From: Eledone cirrhosa
Lineage: Eukaryota
Length of the DNA stretch: 64,000 nt
Direction: 5' to 3'
Assembly: GCA_964016885.1 (NCBI GenBank)
Contig: OZ024741.1
Location: 389,422,001 to 389,486,000, forward strand
The position numbers and the translations under genes are program-made. Shown one piece after another: positions 29,332 through 41,549 of this stretch. How positions within the stretch are numbered: the stretch's first letter is position 1; each line of letters starts with the position of its first letter. The notes beneath the pieces are model-generated. The model saw only the letters and a program-made list of their open reading frames with translations, did not search any database and was not told where the DNA came from.

Positions 29332-29361
29332 ATAATTGGGGAGGGTCATATTGTTGTAATA

Positions 29362-29668
29362 ATATTGCCAGAAATAATAACAGAACACACTCACTGTTTG
29401 GCTGGTTTTCGCTTCTGTATCTTTTATATCTCCACAGTTAATTCATTCGGTCCTCAATGTTTACCATTGACTGACCAACGGTCAAAAATACAGATATAAT
29501 ATAGATATAAACACATATATATAGTCTAACAAAGTTCTTTCTTTGCACATCTGCAACATCATCAGCGGTACTGATCGAGCAGTATGAAGTAACTGTGGAG
29601 ATGTAAAAGATACAGAAGCGAAAACCAACCAAACAGTGAGTGTGTTCTGTTATTATTTCTGGCAATAT
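29362..29668. repeat. 79-bp inverted repeat enclosing a hammerhead-like motif
   Basis: Arms 29362-29440 and 29590-29668, 2 mismatches. Confidence 0.92.
29527..29570 (-). ncRNA. Hammerhead-like motif, partly decayed
   Basis: taccg CTGATGA tg ttgca-gatg-tgcaa a GAAA gaac TT tgtta; stem I imperfect. Confidence 0.55.
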
Positions 29669-29829
29669 GCAGTGGAAGGCAGCTAGAGTGCTGGGTTCAT
29701 GCAGAGATTAGGTGCACAGAGCTAGAAATATTCATTAGTTAAGCAAAACAAGACCACAAATTCACAAGGAAGACGTTATTTAAAGAGTGTCAACATAGTT
29801 GCAGTTGAATGTAAGGAATAATAATAATA

Positions 29830-30015
29830 ATTGTTTCTACTTTTGGCGCAAGGCCAGCAATTACCCAGTGCATTACTGGTACTTTATTTTATCGACCCTG
29901 TAAGGATGAAAGGCAAAGTTAACCTTGGCGGGATTTGAACTCAGATCATAAAGGGGCGTAACTCTGTGCTGCAAAACATAGCGTCCGACCCTCTACCGAT
30001 ACTGCCAATCCAACG
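29830..30015 (-). mobile_element. SINE with TSD aaggaataataataat
   Basis: Consensus match and flanking direct repeat. Confidence 0.9.
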
Positions 30016-30041
30016 AAGGAATAATAATAATAATAATGTCC

Positions 30042-30163
30042 GTTTACAATTGTTTCGCTACTCCATATAATGTTTCTGGATCAATTGATTATTAGATCGT
30101 TATTGATCTGGTTCAGAGGAAGATAAGTAACTTAATTAATGTTGTGGAGCAGCTCTTCAGAAC
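30042..30163 (-). ncRNA. Type I hammerhead motif with a 79-nt loop 2, downstream of the Naiad ORF
   Basis: gtt CTGAAGA gctgctcca-[79 nt]-tggagtagc GAAA caattg TA aac. Confidence 0.7.
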
Positions 30164-30575
30164 TTCAAATGAGATAATGAAAATATTGATAAAGATAAGA
30201 TGGAATAAGAAATATAAAATAAAGTACAGTAAGATGGTTACGTGATTGTAAGGTTACATAGATTGGTATTTCACGAAAGGCGTCCTGGATATCTCAAGTG
30301 TCTGCTATAAACAAGCATTACGCTTCTGTCGAGGCTGTATTGAGCAAGATCTGCCTATGCGTAACAAGATGGCCACTTTAGGAAATTTACCTTACTAATT
30401 AGAGACGGGTTTCAAGGGAGGTAACTCCTTGAAAAGTTAAATTCATAAGTAATTTATAACTAAGAAGTGCAAATAACCTTAAATGAGAGACAATGTAGGG
30501 GAGGTAACTTATAATTATCTAAGTCTGGGTTAAATATTTAACATGCTAGCTATATGCAATGGCGAGATTTGATGA

Positions 30576-32380
30576 CTATGTTGGGTCGAATATTCTGTTG
30601 GCGAAGGAATTTGCCCTACGATGGTGACAGTTAATAGTTACCTCGTTTCTATCGTTAATAGGTTGTGGTTGTGACAGAGTTATGTAATAGGTCTCAGTAA
30701 AACAGAGATCACAACAGTTTCTTCGTCCATTGAACGCTGGGGATCTAGCCAAGATATCCCATGTTAGTGGGTGTTCAATGTTGGTTAATTTAAGGTTTTT
30801 AATGAGCCTAGCTAGAGATGTTGAGTATCTATTGCTAGGGTCTCGGAAGGAAAATGAGTGCGCGTTATAGCGTACCTTAAAAGGGTTAGAGGTAGAGCCA
30901 ATATAGGAGCTAGTATGTGATGCTGTTCTAACTGTGCACCTATATACTATATTGGGTGTAAGGCATTGTCCGTTAAGTGGGCAAGCATTAGGGTAACGGA
31001 AGTTGTAATTACTGTTGCGATTAGTAAGGGTAGGGTTGTTTAAACTATGCGGATGGTGTGTACTAATAGGATTAGAGGGGAGAGGTGTGCTACTAGAATA
31101 AGTATTGGTATAGTTGCGTGATGTATTTAGGGGGGGGTACCGCAGTGTGGGAGTTATATTTTTTTAGTTGTTGATGGTTACTGAATGCGATGTGGCTAGC
31201 TAGACTCGGTGTTGTGGAGAATGAGATTTTAATATTGTTTTTATTAAAGAGTTTGTAATATCTATGGTTGGGGGGGGGGATGCTTAGATATTATATAAAA
31301 GAACCGTTGAGGGATATTAGTGGCTAAATTAGATGACAATGGGGGGTTAAGCCAGGTGATTTTTCTAGGCCTATTACTTCTAGGGGTTCTAGCAGAGTTG
31401 GCGAGGGCCTTCATAGGGTTATTATTACCGGGGCATTTGCTATTTGTCATCCCATTGTTCATTCCTATTCTAGGGTTGATTCTGAGTCTGCTACTAGGAG
31501 TGGGAAGTAGGCCTCTGCCTCTATTACAGTTTCCTATATAGGTGTTGTTAAGGCTAAAGTTCCGGCGTATCTGGCTATATGTTATTGTGTTTCTAGTTCT
31601 AGTGTTAAATTTATTATGGTTGTGGTGAAGTTCTGTGTTATGGCATTTAGGTATGTAGTAGATAGACTGTTCATAACCAGATTCAGACAGGGCCTTATTA
31701 TAATATGCCGCGTGGTTCATAAATATCTCCTCATTTGCGGATAGCATGGAGATCATATAAGAGATAGATTTAATGACTGCTCTGATGACTGCCGGTGGGT
31801 GGTTACTGTGCGGGCTAATATATGTAAGTATTTCACCTGGTTTATGATAAGGGTAATATAAATTGTTATTAAGATCTAGGGTAACGTCCAGGAAATTTAC
31901 TACCTTATGCTTCGGTTCGATGGTGATAGAGAGACCATTATTTTTAAAAAATCTATGTAATTGTTTTTTGAGCAAGTCAATGTATCGATTAGTGCAATTG
32001 TGGACTGCAAATAGGGCGACGTCCCTATATATTCCACCTTGCAAGGGTTGGATCTCAGCTCTGATGTTATGTAATAGGTAGATTCCAACTAAATCGGTGA
32101 TTTGCGCAGAGTCGCTTGAGCCCATTGTGATGTTGAAGTTGTCTGTTCTGTCCTTTCTAGTCCAGAATGAGCCGTTGAACTCAATGATAGTCTGCCTAGC
32201 CATAAGTATGATGTCAATCTCCTTATTAGTTATGTCAGAGTTGGTGCTAGCTAGGGTTAATGCTTTGTTAAGTAGTGCCGGGGTTATTGAAGCGTAGTAA
32301 CTGTCAATGTCAAATTGGAGAAACCTCATCGAGTCCTTGGACCTTAGATCTGAGAACCATCTAATGACTTGGCCGATGTT
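30576..32380 (-). mobile_element. 5'-truncated Naiad-type Penelope-like ORF (RT + GIY-YIG)
   Basis: FLQFDIDSYYASI, FNITMGSSDSAQITDLVG, GGIYRD(V), VNFLDVTLDL, SNHPP, KITWLNPP. After a frameshift: CPLNGQC, IVYRC..SYIGST, CDLC, CHH; stop at 30576-30578. Confidence 0.92.
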
Positions 32381-35300
32381 AGACCGGAAGAGGAGGCGCT
32401 CCATTTTTCTTGGGCCGGGGCAAGGGACAACGGTTAGGCGGTAGCAGATGACGGATACGATGAACGTATTTGCAACCTCTGCGCAACCTTTCAGGGACAG
32501 CTTCCCATCGGCCCATTTCTGGGTGTGAGAGGCCACCCAGTTCGTCACCTCGTTCCAGTTTTTCTCCATCTGGAGGTCCGGACCGAACCAGACCCCGAGC
32601 AATTTAACCGGTCCTTCCGTCCAGCGCCCCACGACGCTGTCGGGCGGTATGGACTTGCCTCTCCAGGTGCCGAACTACAAAGTTGCTCCTGTCACTGTTT
32701 TATATTCCTTGAGAGCGGTGCCGAGGATCTGGACGTCGTCGGCGTAAGCCGATACGGATCTCCCACATCCCAGTTCACGTGGGATGTCTCTCATCGCTTC
32801 CAATTTGTGCAGTAACGGCTATAGGGCCAATACGTACAAGAGTGACGAGAGGGGGCAACCCTGACGGACCGAGCGCATGATGCTGAACGGCTGTGACAGA
32901 TGACCGTTCAACCTCACAACTGAGCAGATGTCGCTGTGCATGGCAGCGATCCAACTCCTGAAAATGGGCCCGAAAACAGCCGCCTCGAGGACTGCCGCCA
33001 GGTACCGATGGTCGACCCTATCAAATGCCTTAGATTGATCTAAGTTGATCAGGGCCCCACCCGTGCCAGGTTCTTTAACCAACCTCTCTGTCATGCATGA
33101 CATGAGATTACCGACGACAAGCGCCAATCTCGTTGCTAATACCTTGGCCAAAATCTTAAACTCTGCGTTTAGCAGAGTTATGGGCCTGAAGTTGTCTATA
33201 ACGTCCCCTTTGTTCGGGTCTTTTCTCAACAGCGCTACCGCTCCCCGGCTCATAAAACTGTGAATGCTGCCGTTCTGCTGCCAGTTGCAGTAGACGTCTG
33301 CCAAGAGGTCGCCGAACAAGTCTGGCATGTACGCATAAAGCTCGTAGAGTAGACCATCCAAACCAGGCGATTTACCCCTCGGGCAGTCAGACATCGCTTC
33401 CCGTATTTCAGCAGCTGTTATCGGCTTTTCGCAATATTGCACTGCGATCGTCGAGAGCTGCGGCAGTCCCTCGAGGTATGCACTGAAGTTCATACTCCAA
33501 TCTGGCCCGCCGCCGCTCCCAAACAGTTGAGTAAAGTGCTGTTGAAAAGCCTCACACATCTGCTCGGGTTCGAGTAACATGTGCCCGTTTTGGTCAGGCA
33601 AGGATTAAATTGTGGCTTTGTTGCCACGTCGCGCCTCCACCACCCGGGCCCATTGGACAGCTTTTGTCCCCTTGTGTCTCAGAGCACGCGCTCTAGCTCT
33701 GCCGAGGCAGCCTTCGTGCTTTGCATTGAATAGTTGGTCGAGTGCCAGTCTTGCCGCAAGCACGTCGGATGCGATTCCTGTCCTAAACGCCTCTTCTAGC
33801 TTTCTAACTAGCTCTCCTTCTACTCTATTTTCCTCTATCACTACTCCTTTACTAAACCTAATCGATTCTATCTAATAGCCCTTTTCAGGGTAAACCACCA
33901 CCTGTTGTTGACGATCGCACCCGTCAACGCACGCTTAACTAATTCGCTAATCCGGTCTCTGTAAGGTTTGCGCGCCGAGAAAGACGCGTTCAGCTTCCAG
34001 TAACCGGGTCCTTGCCTATGAAGTCTATCTAAGTCGACTTCATAGATCACAAATGTGTAGTCCGAGGAGCCGACTGCTTTAAATTGTGGACAACCTATGC
34101 TAGCCTTATCTGTTTCCCTACAGTATACCCTATCTAGATACGATCTGGATGACCCGATGTGGTTTGCCCATGTCCACATTGGCACATTCGGATAATCCAG
34201 TCTATACCTGTCAGACAGTTGAAAACGTCTGAGCAGGTTGTTGAGGCTTTTACATCCTCCTCCCCTATTTACTAGCCCCACATAATCCCAGCGTGCATCT
34301 AAGATACCGTTCCAGTCATCCACTAACACTAAAGAGCGGGACGTTCCAAGAAAGGTCTCTAGACGTCTGAAGAAATCTGGCCGCCCTGCCCCTGTTTGGG
34401 CGTAGATGGCTACTAGCCTGAAAGCATTGCCTTCGCTGCCTGTCACGTCCAGTACCACCGACTTACCTTCTGGGTCCAGGAAGATGGCCCGTATGGCGAG
34501 ATCCAGGCCTCTCCGAAAAAGCACAGCAACTCCGCCCCCCGCTCCCGGACGGCTGGGAGATGCGTATACATCGTAGCCGCCGAAGATCGGTGCGAAGTCT
34601 CTTTCTTCGGAAATTCTGGTCTCGCTGATGGCCACCACATCTATGTTTAGTGACCTGAGATCATTAAACAGGTGGCCCTGCTTCCAAGATGACCCCATGC
34701 TACGTACATTTATACTGCATATTCTAAGTACGGCCATGTTGGATGAGAAACGGGATAAGTGAGAGAGGATCACTTACCTTGATCGTGTGGGGGAGGGACA
34801 GTAGAACCGTCCCTTTGGCTGGTCATTGGTGTCTCCAAGATGATGTCGGTGTATATCCTCTTGGTAACCGATCCTCTGAAGTCTCCAACTGCGTTGGGGA
34901 ATTTTTCTTTTAAATGTTTATAATTGTTTCTACTATTGGCACAAGGCCAGCAAATTAGCCAGTACATTACTGGTACTTTAATTTATCGACCCCATAAGGA
35001 TGAAAGGCAAAGTTAACCTCGGCGGGATTTGAACTCAGAATGGCATTTTAAATGTTTATAATGTTCTATTTTAATTTCAATAATGTTTATATTTTTCGGG
35101 AAAGTTCTTGGTGTTGGTGGGGTGTAGTAATTGTTGTCAGTAATGTCTGTACTGCTTTATATGTTCTAAGAGTTCTTTATTTGCCATGTTTATGTCTTTG
35201 TAATGTTTTTTTTTTTGGGGGGGGGGCTGTTTTCTTGTTGCTGCTGTTGGGTTTGTTTGTCTTGTGTTTGCGTTGTTGATGTTTGTGGTGATGCTGGTGG

Positions 35301-36450
35301 TGTGGTGGTTGTTGGTGGTGATGGTGGTGGCGTTGCTGCGAGTCCTCCCTCGAGGTCTGTGATGTCTGGGATGGCCTCGATGCACTCCTGGTCAGTCTGT
35401 ATTAGCATTTGCATGCCTATACCTGATCAGTTCTCTCTTCCCATTCTCTCTATTTGCAGTATGGTGGTCCTGTCCTCGATTCCAGCAAGTACAGACGCGG
35501 CCAGCCAAGGTATGGGCACGTCGGACGGGACTAGGGTCACTTTGACCCTCACAATTTTCTGCCCGCAGTAGGAGGGCACCAAGACTATCTCCTCACTCTT
35601 TATGGTTTCCAAAGAGTGAGACTTCGCCTCTTGGGGTGTGGCGAAAAGTATGTCTACTGTGGCATACTTTTTGCCTCGGGTGATGTGGGTTTTGCGCGCC
35701 CTGACGCACCCCAAGGCCTTTTGGATTTGAGCCTCCGTGGCTCTCTCCACCCGATGTGACACTTTGCTTACGAAGTCACCGTGCGTAGCTGCTGGTCCTT
35801 GAAGAAATCGGGTGGAGGTTTCAGGAAAACTCTATTGTCATTTCTTGTCACCATGGCTCTTGCGACTGCCATCTCCTCCTCCTCCGTGACTAGCACTGTT
35901 TCTATATTTCGGGCCACATCAGCAGCACCATTATTGCTGCCGCTACTGCTGCTACTGGTCTTGTTGTTGGTGCTGTTGCTGTTACTACTGCTACAAACGG
36001 TGTTGTTGGTGTTGTTGCTGTTATAACTGTTGTAGTTGGTTGTGTTTTCGGTGCAATTTGTATTGTTGCTGTTGGTGTTATCGTTGTTTATTTTCTTGTT
36101 AGTGGTGTTAATATCGTTGTTGCATTTGTTGTCATTTTTTTCTGTTGTCTGTATTTTCGTTGTCGCTGTTACAACAATAGTTGGTGTGGTAATTTTTTTT
36201 AATTAGTGTTCTCAGTGTTGTCTTGGTTCACGTTGTTTGTGGTGGTGTTTGTTGTGTCAATTTCTCCTCTCAACTTTTACGCCGTTGTCACACGACAGCA
36301 GACATATTGCTGGGCGTGGCTCGGCCATGTTTTTTTTGTTTTTGTTTTATTTTTTAAAAGTAAAATGTTCAAATATTTGGGCCAAAAGGCCCAAATATTA
36401 TACTTTCCCTTTCACAGGGCAAAGTCCAAGGGCTTATATCCCTTACACAA
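32381..36450 (-). mobile_element. Tx1-clade LINE, 5' UTR through RT, 3' end missing
   Basis: ORF1 pieces 35427..36026; APE ORF 33868..34773; RT ORF 32819..33601 (DQSKAFDRVDH, SVRQGCPLS). Confidence 0.93.
34925..35045 (-). mobile_element. 5'-truncated SINE inserted in Tx1 ORF1, 17-bp TSD
   Basis: TSD ttttaaatgtttataat on both sides. Confidence 0.9.
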
Positions 36451-36549
36451 GAAAAATTTAACAACAAATAATTTTAACAGGTAAATAAAGCGACTTACTG
36501 GTAGCGAGCAAAAAGATGTCTGAACAGACCAATAATATTAATAATAATA

Positions 36550-37625
36550 ATGCTTTCTTTATTAACCACAAGGGTTTACACAAAGTAGACATTAAGGACA
36601 GTACAGGACAATGGAGGACGGTACAAATGGGCATTTCTGCGTGTAAAAAAAAAAAAACAGAGGATGTAATAAAAGAACAATGAAAAATTCCCCAATAGGG
36701 GGGAGACTTCCGAGGGCCATCCTGGAGAAAGCCCATTAGAAAAGCCACGGTGACCCTGACCACCAGGGCAATTGTCCTCTCCCAGTTTTCCACCTTCAAT
36801 TTACAGGCATATACTCAGAGTAGGTCCATTCACTCGGGCCATTCTTGCCTCTCTCACCCATCTTTCAACAAAATGCTGGGAAGAGAGCACTTCCCTCTCT
36901 ACCCAGATTTTCCTTTTCAAATGAAATTTGAAAAAGTTAATCAGGGCATCACCTAAGAGGTAAGTGCTCGTCTTCAGCCCTTTCAGACGCGTCCACCATA
37001 CTATCTCTTTCTCCATGGCCACCAGACAGATAAAAACTTCCTGCCCTTCCCGGCTAAAGGAAGAGTGCAGGGCAATCCTCACGATGGACTCAGCTGATAG
37101 TCGGATCCGTTCTACACGCGACAGCAGGTGTTCGACATAAACCCACAAGTCACCAATGCTCGGACACTGGACGAGTGCGTGAAGGACGGTTTCGTCGCCC
37201 TGCACGCATCTCGGACATGCCCGACTGACGGTACCTCCATGCCTGTAGAGTTTATCCCGAACTGGCAAAGCTCCTTGGTAGCACTGTCAGGCCAGGGATT
37301 TCTGGAAGTTGTCCATAGGCCCCGGCTCGAAAGTTCTTCCAAAGAGATTGGCTAGTTGATTTTCGTCGACGCCTAGAGTTTCCCCAAGTACGTCGTCGCT
37401 CTTCCCCTCCACTAATCCTCTATAAAACGCCAAGGTGGAGTTTCCACCGATCACATTGCCCGATTGGTCGAGGACTGTGAGCGCCTGAAGACATTCCACT
37501 CTCCAAGCGCTCCCTCTCGGTCTTCGCTTGACCCAGGACTGCAGCTCTGTCAAGGAGATGAGCTGGGGAAAGACGCATCTAGCAAACCGCGACCACACCT
37601 GATTACCGTCGAGGAAGAGGTGGAG
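36550..37625 (-). mobile_element. 5'-truncated Tx1 copy (ORF2 C-terminus + 3' UTR) ending in (ATT)n
   Basis: ORFs 37287..37685 and 36801..37268 (CPRC..ETVLHALVQC); near-identical to 62229-63300. Confidence 0.93.
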
Positions 37626-38367
37626 AATAATGATTTCTTTATTGGCCACAAGGGCTGACATCAAGAAAAACATTACAGACGGCACAGGATGCTACAGGAC
37701 GGTACGATGTGGGTTTTGTGCATGTAAAGATTTTTATTATTTATATAAGAAAAGAAAAAAAAGACATAGAAACATATATATATATAAACAATAAAAATGA
37801 AAATTGAAACAATGAAAAATTCCCTAATAGGGGGGAAACCTCCGAGGGTTACTCGTGGCGAAAACCACACAAAAGACCACGGCCACCCTGACCACCAGGG
37901 CAAGCGCCCTCTCTCAATTTTTCCATTTCTCAAACTACTATATTCAGAGCGGTCCCGTTCACTCGGACCATTCTCGCTACATTCACCCACCTTTCAACAA
38001 ACTTGCTAGAAGGCAGCACTTGCCTCTCCACCTGATTTTTCTCTTCAAGTGAAACTTGAAAAAGTTAATTAGGGATTCGCCGAAGAGGAAAGTGTCTGTC
38101 TTTAACCCTTTCAACCTTGTCCACCACACAATCTCTTTCGCCATGGCCACCAGGCACGTGAAAACTGCCAGCCCTTCCTCCTCGAAGGAAGACGGCGAGA
38201 CCATCTGCACAATGGACTCAGTCGGTAAATGGATCAGTCCTACACGCGACAGCAACTGTTCGACATAGCTCCACAAGTCAGCAATGCTCAGGCACTGAAC
38301 GAGTGCGTGCACAACGGTTTCGTCGCTCTGTGCGCATCTCGGACAGGCTCAGCTGACGGCACTTCCA
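37626..38367 (-). mobile_element. 5'-truncated Tx1 copy, different subfamily
   Basis: ORF 37983..38312; 3' end tggccaataaagaaatc-attatt. Confidence 0.9.
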
Positions 38368-39285
38368 TAATGCTTTCTTTATTAACCACAAGGGTTTACA
38401 CAAAGTAAAACATTAAGGACAATACAAGACGATACTAATGGGCATTTCTGCATGTAAAAAAAAACAAAAAAAAACAGAGGATGTAACAAAAAAAAAGACC
38501 TCATGCGATACATTGTGGAGAGGGTAGCTAGGGAACCTGGCACGGGTGGGCCCTTGATCAATTTAGATCAGTCAAAAGCTTTCGATAGGGTCGACCATCG
38601 TTATCTGGCGGCAGTCCTGAGGGCGGCTGGCTTTGGGCCCGTCTTCAGAGGCTGGATCGCTGCCATGCACAGCGACATCTGCTCTGTGGTGAGAGTGAAC
38701 GGTCACCTTTCCGAACCGTTCAACATCATGCGCTTGGTCCGCCAACGATGTCCCCTCTCGTCCCTGTTGTATGTATTGACTCTCGAGCCATTACTGCACA
38801 AACTGGAGAAGTTGAGGGGGGCTCCCACACGAACTGGGATGCGGAAGATCTGTGTCAGCATATGCAGACGATGTCACCGTAATTGTGTCGAATGCCAAAC
38901 ACATCGAGGCGATCGGCACTACACTAAGAGAATACGAGGTAGTGACAGGAGCAATGATCAACCAAGAAAAGTCGGTGGGCCTGCACCTCGGCACCTGGAA
39001 AGGCAGGTCCATGCCGTCCAACAGCGTCGTCGGGTGCTGGACGGATGGACCGATTAAATTGCTAGGGGTCTGGTTCAGTCCAGACCTCCAGACAGACAAA
39101 AACTGGGATGAGGCGACGAGCAGGGTGGCTTCTCTCACCCAGAAATGGGCAGAGAGGAAGCTATCCCTGAAAGGTCGAGCGGAGGTGGCAAATGCGTACA
39201 TCGCGTCCATCATCTACTACCGCCTGACCGTCGTGCCTTGTCCTAAGCCTCGCCTGACTGTGCTGGAGCGTTTGCTCTTTCGATG
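38368..39285. mobile_element. Tx1 copy with 5' inversion: 3' UTR on - strand plus RT segment on + strand
   Basis: 3' UTR 38368-38497(-) is head-to-head with RT ORFs 38503..39286(+), which include SAYADD. Confidence 0.85.
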
Positions 39286-39309
39286 ATAATAATAATAATA
39301 ATAATAATA

Positions 39310-39480
39310 ATAAAACAAAAAGAAATAACTTCTAATTGATGTATCTATCCCTACAGACGAAATGTATATCCATCAAGGTAATGGGGAAATTATCCAGATA
39401 TAAGCATCTGGAGATAGAAATAACTCACATGTGGATGATGAAAACAAAAACAATCCCTATAATAATAAGTGCTCTGGATC
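39310..39480 (+). mobile_element. R4/Dong endonuclease fragment next to (AAT)n
   Basis: LIDVSIPTD...YKHLEIEITHMW..KTIPIIISAL. Confidence 0.7.
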
Positions 39481-39755
39481 TATACAACATACTGGATAAA
39501 TCAGCTTGATTAATTTTAGTTGAGCTGACTTATGGACCAAACGGGAGCTATTCCTAGCATTCCTATTGGCCTGCCCCTATCCTTCTTTTTAAGCGTCAGT
39601 ATACATGTGCTTTTATAGTTTTTTTATTTGGTTTCATTGTTGATGACAGAGCTATGCGTATATAGTAAGATGTTGTCTACTGACGATGAGCCTAACATCT
39701 TAATGATGCCTTTTATCTAAGACTAAGAATGGTAATAAGCATTATTTCTTGTCAG

Positions 39756-39942
39756 GGCGGTGGATTGGCAGTATCGGTAGAGGGTCAGACGCCATGCTTT
39801 CCGGCATAGAGTTACGTCCCTTTACAGTCTGAGTTCAAATCCCACCGAGGTTAACTTTGCCTTTCAACCTTACGGGGTCGATAAAATAAAGTACCAGTAA
39901 TGCACTGGGATAATTGCTGGCCTTGTGCCAAAAGTAGAAACA
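39756..39942 (+). mobile_element. Full-length SINE with 15-bp TSD
   Basis: TSD attatttcttgtcag at 39741-39755 and 39943-39957. Confidence 0.93.
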
Positions 39943-40288
39943 ATTATTTCTTGTCAGCTCAAAACAGCTGTGCATGCTTTAGGAATCAGTATTTACCATC
40001 TTCATATAATTTCATTGCTTAAATCTTAAATCACTGAAGCTCACAGAGATGACAAAAGGACTGAAACAAGTGGGGGGATGGTGTACTGGAAAATACTCGG
40101 ACAATCCATGCTAGCATGGAAATCGGATATAAAACAATAATAATGATTTCAAAGTGTGTAAGTTGTAGGAGTGTCATAGATATATTTAAAAACTACTTAA
40201 TTGCCATAGTTATTTTATTCTCTAGCTTCCACGTCAGGCAGTCTGGGGAAAACTAGCTACAAATATATTCAGCAGTTGTAAAAGCAAG

Positions 40289-41263
40289 ATGAATTTCCTT
40301 AAAACACTCTCCATACTTTTATTCCTTTATTTATTTCCTCCAAATCAGACATTTCTAAAACACAGTTTTGATAAGTGTAATATTTCAGTTAATGACTTTC
40401 AACTCTCAAAATTTTGTGCTAAACATATCCTGGATAATTTGAAATGCATCGCTAGGGAAAATTACATCTCAACGAATAAATTTGATATGAATATGAGAAT
40501 AATGTTCAATTTTCATGCTTTGGCAAAAAAATTTCCACCATACTGTTCCACAACTCCCCGTGCTCAATGTAAAGTTGCTGAAAATGTACAAGGAAAAAGA
40601 GAAAACTGTCCACACCAACTATTGTGGTATAACTTTCAGAGATTTCAAAAATGCAGCACCCACATTGCAATAATTAAATCTAGTCTGTTCAGAGATATTC
40701 TTAGCTTTTATTGTCAAGAAACTGATGCCAATCGTGGTTTGATCCCATTATTTGGTCCACAGCAGAAATGCTATCCATTGAAAGTAATGCTTAAAAGCAG
40801 CAGTTCCAATATTTTAAAACATCAGGTTCTTTACTGCAAATATTTCAATTATTCCAGTATAAAGAAATGTACAATTGATAACATCAACTCAGTTTCCAGT
40901 GATGAATACATACATGGAAAAGCTCAGTTCCAAGAAAATGCTTTAAAATTTCTAAATAAAATAAAATATTTTTGTGAAAATCTTTTGAAAATTCCCCAAA
41001 ATGTAATAACATCATGTTCAGGGGAAGATCTTAAAAAATGTAAAATGAAAGCTTTTGCAAAAACCGCTGAAGTTAATTCTACGTACAGGCCGGGAAGCTA
41101 CCTGGACTGTGTCAGTGAAATATATAGCAAATGTGAACTTCATCTAGGTAGTATAGTAAAGGTAATTCAATCAAATATTCTATCAACAGCATCGAATTTA
41201 CCTGCAACAAACTGTATCATTTTGTTTATATTATCTGCTATATGCATGTATATTGCCATTTGA
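40289..41263 (+). CDS. Uncharacterised secreted or GPI-anchored Cys-rich protein (324 aa, single coding exon)
   Basis: 975-bp non-repetitive ORF in AT-rich DNA; N-terminal hydrophobic stretch; ~18 Cys; hydrophobic C-terminus; acceptor ttattctctag ending at 40225; aataaa at ~41290. Confidence 0.8.
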   Translation: MNFLKTLSILLFLYLFPPNQTFLKHSFDKCNISVNDFQLSKFCAKHILDNLKCIARENYISTNKFDMNMRIMFNFHALAKKFPPYCSTTPRAQCKVAENVQGKRENCPHQLLWYNFQRFQKCSTHIAIIKSSLFRDILSFYCQETDANRGLIPLFGPQQKCYPLKVMLKSSSSNILKHQVLYCKYFNYSSIKKCTIDNINSVSSDEYIHGKAQFQENALKFLNKIKYFCENLLKIPQNVITSCSGEDLKKCKMKAFAKTAEVNSTYRPGSYLDCVSEIYSKCELHLGSIVKVIQSNILSTASNLPATNCIILFILSAICMYIAI

Positions 41264-41477
41264 CACTTCACAGAACATAGAAACAAAAAAATAAATATAA
41301 CAAAAAGATTCAATATAGAATATATATTTCCTTTGACACATCATCAGTTTATTATTATTATTAGTACTACCACTAACATTGAACATGAAAACACATTGAT
41401 ACCTAAGCTTATAAATTGTATGGATTACAAACTATATACATATGTATATATATATACACACACACACACATATATAT

Positions 41478-41549
<72 letters not shown>

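Noticed and set aside
26083-32380. Selenocysteine-coding Naiad with a SECIS element
   Set aside because: No TGA at the conserved Cys positions I translated (the TGA near 27070 replaces Trp), and no convincing SECIS was seen.
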